From Flavobacteriales bacterium (lineage in GTDB: Bacteria > Bacteroidota > Bacteroidia > Flavobacteriales_F > PHOS-HE28): DNA of 64,000 nt. The position numbers were made by a program, and so were the translations under genes. Below are positions 57,901-64,000 of this stretch, piece after piece. Position 1 is the first letter of the stretch. Each line of letters starts with the position of its first letter. The notes beneath the pieces were generated by a model. The model saw only the letters and a program-made list of their open reading frames with translations, made no database searches and had not been told where the DNA came from. The stretch lies in the NCBI GenBank assembly GCA_031411095.1, contig JANOAK010000012.1, positions 13,288 to 77,287 on the forward strand, read 5' to 3'.

Positions 57901-58341
57901 GCACACATAGATGTCGAGGTTGCCGTCCGCGTTCACGTCGGCCATGGTCACACCCGTGCGCCATCCGGCCTGCGCGAGCTTGCCAATGGCCTTTTCGGTG
58001 ATGTCCTCGAACTTCATGTTACCGAGGTTCCGGTATAGGCGGTCGCTTACCTGGTTCCCCGTGAAGTACACGTCCGCCAGTCCGTCGTTGTCGACATCCC
58101 CCACCGCCACACCTCCTCCGTTGTAGGCATACACATACGTGAAGTAGTTCACCTCAGGCGATTCGGTGATCGTGTTGTTGAAGTGGATCCCGCTGGTACT
58201 GGACGGAACGGAGGAGAGCAGGGGAGTGGAGTTCTTCGCCTTTGCGTCGGAGGAATGTTCCACGCCCGGCTTCGTGCCGCAGGAAGCGAGGAGCAGCGCA
58301 AGACCGACGGTAAGCCAAAGGGAACGGAGCATGGGTTTCAC
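54991..58341 (-). CDS. VCBS/FG-GAP repeat lipoprotein with ASPIC/UnbV domain (CRTAC1-like)
   Basis: Lipobox LLASC, NGGGVAVGDVDNDG, many DxDxDGDxD repeats, RGYESCVEPVLHFGL..LEVRWP. Confidence 0.9.
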   Translation of the reverse strand: MKPMLRSLWLTVGLALLLASCGTKPGVEHSSDAKAKNSTPLLSSVPSSTSGIHFNNTITESPEVNYFTYVYAYNGGGVAVGDVDNDGLADVYFTGNQVSDRLYRNLGNMKFEDITEKAIGKLAQAGWRTGVTMADVNADGNLDIYVCRSGNTNDTALTRNLLYMNNGNGTFTERAQALGVADTSHSTQAAFLDTDRDGDLDLHVINHPLGRMKGLSNFTALRAVQEHRAPTDRYFRNDGGHFVDATYDAGLQNYDYTLGQGISDLDQDGWPDVYTANDFDAPDLMYLNRRNGTFAEQIQFRTRHISNFGMGCDVADYNNDALPDIITLDMTADDHLRNKTNMASMNPEKFWKLVAGGYFFQYMLNTLQLNNGNGTWSEVGQLAGIARTDWSWAPLFCDLDNDGWKDLLITNGYLHDVRNNDFARNVYDTISSGAGYIGALPLVPSTRIRNYLYRNNGDLTFADSSQAWGFTQPINSNGAAYADLDNDGDLDLVINNINDAATIYTNHATEAFTDRHWLRVRPMNGKSAAFGAKVYAHTGGTVQYQELYPSRGYESCVEPVLHFGLDKAAVIDTLEVRWPMGERTLLTNVKADQLLTVQQEDGVAFVEPPPAPAMLSDATITSGLGWIHQEDPYNDFELEPLLPHKQSELGPMLTTGDANGDGREDLFVGGAHGQTSVLWLQRADGTFLAAPSQPWAAYAEQETMGGVFFDADKDGDQDLLMLAGGNEFDLRDPVYTQRLYINGGKGNFVEGTDRIPPLMASAQRAAAADIDGDGDMDLFVGGRTTPAHYPSSPISFLLVNDGKGHFRDATDQLAPAARQPGMVTGMTFTDMDGDKDPDLLLCGEWMSVIYLRNERGHFTDNSKEAGLNNTHGWWYSIATADVNEDGHPDIIGGNIGWNSKFHGTVEHPVHIYWADFDDNGRHDIVLAKEKNGKQLPVRGRECSSQQCPMILQKFPTYDAYANSDLAGIYTKEKLESAVHLTASMMRSTVFLNDGNGKFRAQALPNQAQVAPINAIIPMDADGDGHVDLVCAGNNWGAEVETARYDAGTGLVLKGDGKGGFIALPVMRSGFFAWGNAKDLALLHVGANKRPLIVVANNNGPLQAFGSGTNAGPAARK

Positions 58342-58404
58342 AGCGATTGGTGGAGCGCGCGAACAAAGTAACGAAGCCCGGAGCCCCGCGTGATGGAAGA
58401 GTCC

Positions 58405-58598
58405 CGCAGAGCCTGCCTACGGCAGGCTTTCATTGGTTTTTAACCGCTGATGGACACTGATGAACACAGATGGATGCCGATGAAAGCACTCCCCGCGCCA
58501 CCGCATAAGTCTCCTCATGCCGTTGCACCCCCGTTGCACTCGTTGCGCCGTTGCGGTCAGCCGGCATTCTCTGCGCCTCTCTGCGCCTCCGCGTGAGG
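58405..58598. repeat. Degenerate microrepeat patch with a possible GxxExxY-gene N-terminal remnant
   Basis: gatggacactgatgaacacagatgg, (cgttgc)x4, (ctctgcgcct)x2, and hairpin agcctgcc-tac-ggcaggct. Confidence 0.6.
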
Positions 58599-58614
58599 CC
58601 TTCAGCCCCGCTCC

Positions 58615-59850
58615 TCACTTAACGATCTCATCCCACAACTCGATCTCGTTCTCGTTGTTCACGCTGATCCGCGGAATGTCGTTGTAGATCGTGACCTTTC
58701 CCGTGATGCAGACCTTCTTGTTCATCAGGTAGGTCACCGGATCGTAGTGGAAGTTGGGACCGTTGTAGTCCCAGACGGTGGCATAGAACTCCTGGTTCGG
58801 ATGGCTACGGTCCAAGTTCAGGTAAACGGCATTGGCCTTGGTGGTGCGACGGGTGCTGATGACGGTACCGCAGATGGTGGCCGTTTTGCCGATCTGGTAT
58901 TTCGCCTGCGAGGTGTTGAAGCGTCCGCCTGGCAATGGCGCGGGAATGGGTGCCACGTCCGCTGCGAGCGGATCGCCTTCGGCCTGCCAGGCCTTGGTGT
59001 CGTTCTGTGCTTCGATGCGGTTCTCGAGCGTATCGTCGAGCGACGGGAACAGATCAAGCCCGGTGAGCTTTTCCACGCTGTCGATGGACACGGCGTAGCC
59101 CATCATGTTGCGATCGGCCGGACCGTTGTTCATCACGAAGGCGATGCCTTTTTTCTCGGGTCCATCGATGTCGATGAAGGCCTTGAAGCAGTAGGTGGGA
59201 ATGCTCACCTGCTCCTTGGCGGTAGGGGTGCTCAATGTCGGCAGTCCTTCGGCGAGGACCGGACCGGTGACGATGAACACGCGCTCCTTGGCGTAATGCA
59301 CATAGCGGCGGCCCCAGTCCTCGAGATCGGCCCAGCTCTCGCGGTTCATCTCCGCTTTCTGTGGCGTGATGTTGCTGTAGAGATAGGTCGCTTCCAACGC
59401 CTTCTGGCTCCACCGCATATCGGCGCTGGGCACCATGTGGCCCCGGTCGTAGCCGCTGTTCCAAAACTCGTCGAACAGGTCCGTTCCGCCCTTCACCAGG
59501 GGATCGGGTTTGAAGGAATCGATGCGGGCCAGGTTGCCTTTCATGATGTCGGGCATCACGATGTGCGCGGTCCACTTCGGACTATGGAAATGATCGTTCC
59601 ACACCAACGCGTGTCCCGGGTGCATCACCACCTCATCGCCCGGCGCCAATGCGGGAAGTCCGTATGCTTTCAGGTCGCGTTGCATGATGGCCAGCTTCAG
59701 GTCCTCGATGGGCCCCAGGAGCACACTCTGCTGCGATTCCAACTGGTCGTACTGGGCCTGTAGCTTCTGCAGTTGTTGTTCCTGCACTTGCGCGTGAACG
59801 GCGGTGCCGACACAAAGGACGGCCAGGATGAATAGGGATCGTAAGGTCAT
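58615..59850 (-). CDS. Secreted DNA/RNA non-specific endonuclease (NucA/EndA, beta-beta-alpha-metal) with C-terminal OB-like domain
   Basis: Signal peptide ending VHA-Q, YDRGHMVPSAD, YSNITPQ, NRESWADLE, VTGPV, IPTYCFK, EKLTGLDLFP. Start 59850 overlaps the upstream stop (ATGA). Confidence 0.9.
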   Translation of the reverse strand: MTLRSLFILAVLCVGTAVHAQVQEQQLQKLQAQYDQLESQQSVLLGPIEDLKLAIMQRDLKAYGLPALAPGDEVVMHPGHALVWNDHFHSPKWTAHIVMPDIMKGNLARIDSFKPDPLVKGGTDLFDEFWNSGYDRGHMVPSADMRWSQKALEATYLYSNITPQKAEMNRESWADLEDWGRRYVHYAKERVFIVTGPVLAEGLPTLSTPTAKEQVSIPTYCFKAFIDIDGPEKKGIAFVMNNGPADRNMMGYAVSIDSVEKLTGLDLFPSLDDTLENRIEAQNDTKAWQAEGDPLAADVAPIPAPLPGGRFNTSQAKYQIGKTATICGTVISTRRTTKANAVYLNLDRSHPNQEFYATVWDYNGPNFHYDPVTYLMNKKVCITGKVTIYNDIPRISVNNENEIELWDEIVK

Positions 59851-60947
59851 CGTTGAGCGAATGTAATCGGGTGGCGCGAGGCGATCAGTGCGGCCAGCTC
59901 CTGCAAGGCCTGTTCCAGAAGCTGCGGATCGCCCTCGGCGGCCTGAACAGTGGGACTGGTGGAGGCCAGCGCTGTGGCCACATCCAGGCGGTCCTGGGCC
60001 TGCGCCACAAAGCGCCCTGATCGTGCGTGCAGTTCGCCGAGGTACTCCTGCTCCTCCTGTCCTGGTGTGGGCACCACCAGCGCATTGCGACCAATTCGCG
60101 CGAGGTCCATCAGTGTGGTGTAGCCCGTGCGGCTTACGATCAGCTCCGCTTGCAGCAACGCGCCGGTGAGCGCATCGCCGCCGAGGTGCCCCAGGCGTCG
60201 CACATTGCCCACGACCTCGTCCAACGGAGGATCCGGCTTGCCGAGCACGAGCAGGTGGTCGCCATCGATCCGTGGCAGTTGCTTCATCAGTTCCTGTTCC
60301 AGCAAGGTGCGCTGCGGCTCGGGCCCGCTGATCACGCACACCACGCGGTAGAGCTTCGCTGGCGCGATCGCACGCGCACGATCCATGCGGCTCACGGGCC
60401 CGATGTAGCGGGCGTTCGCGGGAAGCATGGCGCCATGCGAAAGCTCGCCGGCCAGACCGGGGGCTTGCGGATCATCGGGGATCCAGCAGCGATCGAACGG
60501 ACGGATCTGGTGCAGGTTGAAGCGCCGCAGCAGACCTTGCGCAATGGGCGTGAACGGAAAGACCTGGTGCGTGATGATCACACTGGGCAGCCCATCGGCG
60601 CGAATGCCGAAGCGTTGGTCGCTGATCACCGCATCGAGCTGTAGCGAACGCCGCAGGTCGAGGAACAGGTGATGCTCTTCGCGTAGGCTGCGCAGCATCG
60701 CCGGGAACTGTTTCGCCATGGCCCAGCCTTGCGAGCGCCCCTTCGCGTAGCGCACCTCCACGCCGGGAATGCGCACATGCTGCAACTCCGGGAAGGCATC
60801 ACGCAACAGTGCAAACGGTCCTTTATCCGCCCCGATCACCGGGCGTGCGTCCAACTCCAGCAACCGCCGGATGATGGGAATGCAGCGCGTGCTGTGCCCA
60901 AGTCCCCAATCCAGGGGAGCAACGAGAATGCGTGCGCCGTTGAACAT
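59847..60947 (-). CDS. GT-B glycosyltransferase (GT28 C-terminal / MJ1255-like)
   Basis: APLDWGLGHSTRC, VISDQRFG, SGPEPQRT, VSRTGYTTLMD, PTPGQEEQEYL. Confidence 0.88.
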   Translation of the reverse strand: MFNGARILVAPLDWGLGHSTRCIPIIRRLLELDARPVIGADKGPFALLRDAFPELQHVRIPGVEVRYAKGRSQGWAMAKQFPAMLRSLREEHHLFLDLRRSLQLDAVISDQRFGIRADGLPSVIITHQVFPFTPIAQGLLRRFNLHQIRPFDRCWIPDDPQAPGLAGELSHGAMLPANARYIGPVSRMDRARAIAPAKLYRVVCVISGPEPQRTLLEQELMKQLPRIDGDHLLVLGKPDPPLDEVVGNVRRLGHLGGDALTGALLQAELIVSRTGYTTLMDLARIGRNALVVPTPGQEEQEYLGELHARSGRFVAQAQDRLDVATALASTSPTVQAAEGDPQLLEQALQELAALIASRHPITFAQR

Positions 60948-60962
60948 TACCGTCTCTTGTCA

Positions 60963-61055
60963 GGTCGAGCATTAGCGAAGCGGCACTCCGCAGAGCGCGA
61001 AGCGATCGAGGAGTCGAGACCCTTGCTGAACTTCTCGACTTCGCTCGAAGTGACA
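60963..61055. repeat. REP-like doublet (GTCACTTCGAGCGAAGTCGAGAAG family)
   Basis: An intact copy lies on the minus strand at 61031-61055 and a degenerate forward copy ends at 61019. agtcgaga and tctcgact can pair. Confidence 0.5.
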
Positions 61056-61093
61056 GAGGTTTCAAATCTACTTTCGCCGCCCCGATGAAATAA

Positions 61094-61230
61094 ACCAGAA
61101 GCTCGAGGCTCGCAGCTCATGGCCCACACCGCAGATCCCAGCACAGATCAGTCCGCCAAACAGTACCTGCGGAGAATGAGCCAGAAGCCAGAGGCCAGCA
61201 GCCAGCGGCCACACCGCAGATTCCAGCACA
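61094..61230 (+). repeat. Two imperfect ~52-bp direct repeats separated by 34 bp in the trmB leader
   Basis: ccagaagc(tc/ca)gaggc(tc/ca)gcagc..ggc-ccacaccgcagat(c/t)ccagcaca at 61094-61145 and 61180-61230. Confidence 0.7.
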
Positions 61231-61238
61231 TGTAACAA

Positions 61239-61919
61239 ATGGGAAAAGGAAAGATCGCCCGCTTCACCGAGAACGCCACCTTCGATCACGTGGTGCAGCC
61301 CAGCTTCCAGGAGCTGATGGCCACGGGTTTTCCGCTGAAAGGGAAGTGGAACAGCGACTTCTTCAAACGCGAAGCGCCGCTCGTGTTGGAACTCGGTTGC
61401 GGCAAGGGCGAATACACCACGGGCCTCGCGGAATTGCATCCTGAGCGTAATTACGTGGGCGTGGACATCAAGGGTGCGCGGATCTGGCGCGGGGCACGAA
61501 CAGCGAAGGAGAAGGGCCTGAACAACGTGGGCTTCCTGCGCACGCACGTCGATCATTTGCTCAAGGTCTTCGGTCCACATGAGGTCAGCGAGATCTGGCT
61601 GACCTTCAGTGATCCGCAGATCGGCAAGGACCGCAAGAAGCTCACTTCGCCGCTGTTCCAGGCGCGCTACAGGGAAGTGTTGAAGCCCGGCGGCATCATC
61701 AACCTGAAGACGGACAGCGTGGAGCTGTACACCTACACCATGGAGCAGATCGCCGAGCACAAGCTGCCGCTCTACGAAAATAGCGATGATGTGTATGGCG
61801 AACTCGTCAAGCGGTCAACACCCGAAATGCAGGCCGTGCTGAACATCCGCACCTTCTACGAGCAGATGTGGCTGGGGGAGGGGAAGCGGATCCACTATTG
61901 CCGGTTCGGGTTGGGGTAG
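61239..61919 (+). CDS. trmB: tRNA (guanine-N7)-methyltransferase
   Basis: LELGCGKGEY, VGVDIKGARIW, IWLTFSDPQ, LKTDS, TFYEQMW. Confidence 0.95.
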   Translation: MGKGKIARFTENATFDHVVQPSFQELMATGFPLKGKWNSDFFKREAPLVLELGCGKGEYTTGLAELHPERNYVGVDIKGARIWRGARTAKEKGLNNVGFLRTHVDHLLKVFGPHEVSEIWLTFSDPQIGKDRKKLTSPLFQARYREVLKPGGIINLKTDSVELYTYTMEQIAEHKLPLYENSDDVYGELVKRSTPEMQAVLNIRTFYEQMWLGEGKRIHYCRFGLG

Positions 61920-62153
61920 GGCCCAGCGGGGCAAGCCTCGCTTCTCGTAACCTTGTTGTACGTCAATGGCGCGATCCCAACCCCCACCCAGCCTGACTTT
62001 CCGCCCCGCCACCCCCACAGCCCCCTATTTCCGGGGCGGGGCTTGCACCGATCGAAGATCCCCCTACCTTCGCCCCGCTCCGAGCGGCCGGTTCTTTGGC
62101 GAGAGTCCATGTAAGGAGCACCAACCTAAAAACTCACTCAGTCAGTCGAACTC

Positions 62154-62582
62154 ATGAACATTTACGTCGCCAACATCGCGTACAGCGCGAAGGACCAGGA
62201 TCTCCGCGAACTTTTCGAAGCTTTCGGTGAAGTGACCTCGGCCAAGATCATCATGGACAAAGCCACCAACCGTAGCCGCGGCTTCGGGTTTGTGGAAATG
62301 GCCGACGATACCGCTGGCAAGGCGGCGATCGAGGGCACCAACGGCAAGGCCTTCCACGGTCGTGATCTGGTGGTGAACGAGGCTCGTCCCCGTACCGAAG
62401 GCGGTCCCGGCGGCGATCGCGGCGGCTTCCGCAGCGGCGGTGGAGGTGGCGGAGATCGTGGCGGTTACCGCGGAGGCGGTGGCGGCGGCGGAGATCGTGG
62501 CGGATACGGCGGCGGTGGTGGCGGTGGCCGCGATCGTGGCGACCGCGGTGGTGGCGGTGGATACCGTCGCGACGAGTACTAA
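62154..62582 (+). CDS. RRM RNA-binding protein with Gly/RGG-rich tail
   Basis: RNP2 IYVANI, RNP1 RGFGFVEM, VNEARPR, GGDRGG repeats. TACCTTCG promoter at 62065. Confidence 0.95.
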   Translation: MNIYVANIAYSAKDQDLRELFEAFGEVTSAKIIMDKATNRSRGFGFVEMADDTAGKAAIEGTNGKAFHGRDLVVNEARPRTEGGPGGDRGGFRSGGGGGGDRGGYRGGGGGGGDRGGYGGGGGGGRDRGDRGGGGGYRRDEY

Positions 62583-62597
62583 GATCAAGCAACATCC

Positions 62598-62632
62598 AAA
62601 AGCCCTTCCGCCGTTCGGCGGAGGGGCTTTTT
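62598..62632 (+). terminator. Intrinsic terminator (A-tract and U-tract, potentially bidirectional)
   Basis: aaaagcccttccgcc-gttc-ggcggaggggcttttt. Confidence 0.85.
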
Positions 62633-62694
62633 CATTCCATCACTTCAGGTACTTCAACGGCAACGGCAGCCCATACCAGTAGCTTCGCCCCTTC

Positions 62695-64000
62695 ATGATC
62701 ACACGCGTTCGAGGCATTGCACTTCTGTTCCTGCTGACATTCGTCGTGCTTACCACCAGCGCCCAGCGTCCCGGTGGTCCCGGTGGACAGCGGCCGGCCA
62801 TCGCGCGCGTGTATGGCCGTGTGCTGGATGCCACCACACGCAAGGGGGTGGAGTTCGCCACCGTGAGCCTCATCTCCACCCGCAACGATAGCGTGGTCGG
62901 TGGCGCGCTGGCCGAGGCCAATGGTGATTTCAGCATGGACCGCCTGCCCATGGGCCCCTTTCACCTGCGCATCGCCTTCCTTGGGTACAAGACCCTGGAA
63001 CAGGACGTGATGATCACACCCGATCGCATCGAACAGGACCTCGGCAACCTGCTGCTGCAGCCCGAGGCTGTGTTGCTCAAGGAAGCCGAAGTATCCGCAG
63101 AGCGTGCGCAGAGCACCTTGCAGGTTGACCGCCGCGTGTACAACGTGGAGAAGGATCTGGCCGTGCGTGGTGGCACCGGAGTGGACGTGATGAAGAACGT
63201 GCCCGGCCTCACCGTGGATGCCGATGACAACGTGCAACTGCGCAACAACACGCCCCAGATCTTCATCGATGGACGTCCCACGGTGCTCACCTTGGAACAG
63301 ATCCCGGCGGACGAGATCGAACGGGTGGAGGTGATCACCAACCCGGGCGCGGCCTTCGATGCCAGCAGCAGCGGCGGCATCATCAACGTGGTACTGAAGA
63401 AGAGCACGCGGCCGGGCTACAACGGACAGGTTCAGTTGGGCGTGGGCACCAACGGACGATACCAAGGGAATGCAAGCCTCAACGTAAAGGGCGGTCGCTG
63501 GGCCTGGAACCTGAGCGGCAACGGCAACTTCACCGACAACAACACGCAGACGGGTCTGCTGCGCGATGTGTTCCTCCCAGAAGGCGTGGCCTCACGCTTC
63601 CGGCAGAGCGGCGCCTCGGACAATGAGCGGAACAACTTCGGGGGCCGCATGGGCGTGGAATACAAGGTGAGCAACCGCAGCACCGCCAGCCTCAGCGGCA
63701 ATGTGCGTGGAAGGGCCTACCGGACGGATGAGCTGCTCACCTTCACCGAACGCGATGGAGCGGATGCGCTGATCGGCAGCGGTGACCAACGGAATCTGGG
63801 GGAGAACAGCGGCACCGAGAGCAGCGTGCAGGCCGGCTTCAAGCACAAGACACCGAGGGAGGGCCGGGAGTGGAACACGGATCTCACCTACAACCTCTCA
63901 CGCCGTGAGAGCGATCAGGTCTTCAACACGCGAACGCTCGATGGCGCCGGAAGTCCCGTGGCCGGTGGCACGCGCGACCAGGTGAGCAAGGGCACCACGG
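62695..64000 (+). CDS. TonB-dependent receptor / outer membrane beta-barrel family, 3' truncated, absent from the ORF track
   Basis: Manual translation: MITRVRGIALLFLL..SA-Q, VYGRVLD..VEFATVSL..FLGYKT, DRRVYNVEKD, KNVPGLTVD, IERVEVITNP, GGIINVVLKK. No stop before the window end. Confidence 0.9.
   Translation, partial: MITRVRGIALLFLLTFVVLTTSAQRPGGPGGQRPAIARVYGRVLDATTRKGVEFATVSLISTRNDSVVGGALAEANGDFSMDRLPMGPFHLRIAFLGYKTLEQDVMITPDRIEQDLGNLLLQPEAVLLKEAEVSAERAQSTLQVDRRVYNVEKDLAVRGGTGVDVMKNVPGLTVDADDNVQLRNNTPQIFIDGRPTVLTLEQIPADEIERVEVITNPGAAFDASSSGGIINVVLKKSTRPGYNGQVQLGVGTNGRYQGNASLNVKGGRWAWNLSGNGNFTDNNTQTGLLRDVFLPEGVASRFRQSGASDNERNNFGGRMGVEYKVSNRSTASLSGNVRGRAYRTDELLTFTERDGADALIGSGDQRNLGENSGTESSVQAGFKHKTPREGREWNTDLTYNLSRRESDQVFNTRTLDGAGSPVAGGTRDQVSKGTT

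Noticed and set aside
1609-58038. Long antisense or alternate-frame ORFs (e.g. 1609-2658, 11217-12488, 20657-22054, 33612-34931, 45654-47072, 56713-58038)
   Set aside because: They lie on top of well-supported genes and have no motifs. They are expected shadows of GC-rich codon usage.
61094-61230. Possible mini-CRISPR (repeat, 34-bp spacer, repeat)
   Set aside because: There are only two repeats, ~52 bp long with many mismatches, they are not palindromic, and no cas genes are in the window.
62400-62575. ggcgg/gatcgtggc repeats
   Set aside because: They encode the Gly/RGG tail common in RRM proteins.
1-64000. tRNA, rRNA, prophage, IS or integrase
   Set aside because: No cloverleaf, rRNA-like tract, or recombinase/transposase motifs were recognised. 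tRNAscan-SE and Infernal were not run.

Overview
This is a ~60% GC chromosomal segment from a Bacteroidota bacterium, most likely a high-GC Flavobacteriales lineage. That placement is inferred from the T9SS genes, DUF5689/DUF983/DUF4296-type proteins and TAnnTTTG promoters. Housekeeping genes (rfbA, polyprenyl synthetase, sucAB, pyrC, tyrS, trmB, an RRM protein) are interleaved with a dense set of cell-surface genes. Two giant T9SS type-B-CTD repeat adhesins (~4120 aa with about 41 repeats; ~2470 aa with 23 repeats) and a 624-aa type-A-CTD protein share the same Cys-rich N-terminal head. A porP/sprF plus porE-like pair follows the largest adhesin. A three-gene TonB receptor / DUF5689 / OB-fold T9SS operon resembles a DNA-utilisation locus lacking its nuclease, and a secreted DRGH nuclease lies 21 kb away. 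I found no tRNA, rRNA, CRISPR, integrase or transposase. Several intergenic spacers hold different REP-like or microrepeat elements, including a three-copy hairpin cluster before tyrS and a probable GxxExxY-type gene scar. Both ends of the window cut through genes; the last gene is missing from the supplied ORF track. All family assignments come from motif recognition by eye, not database searches.
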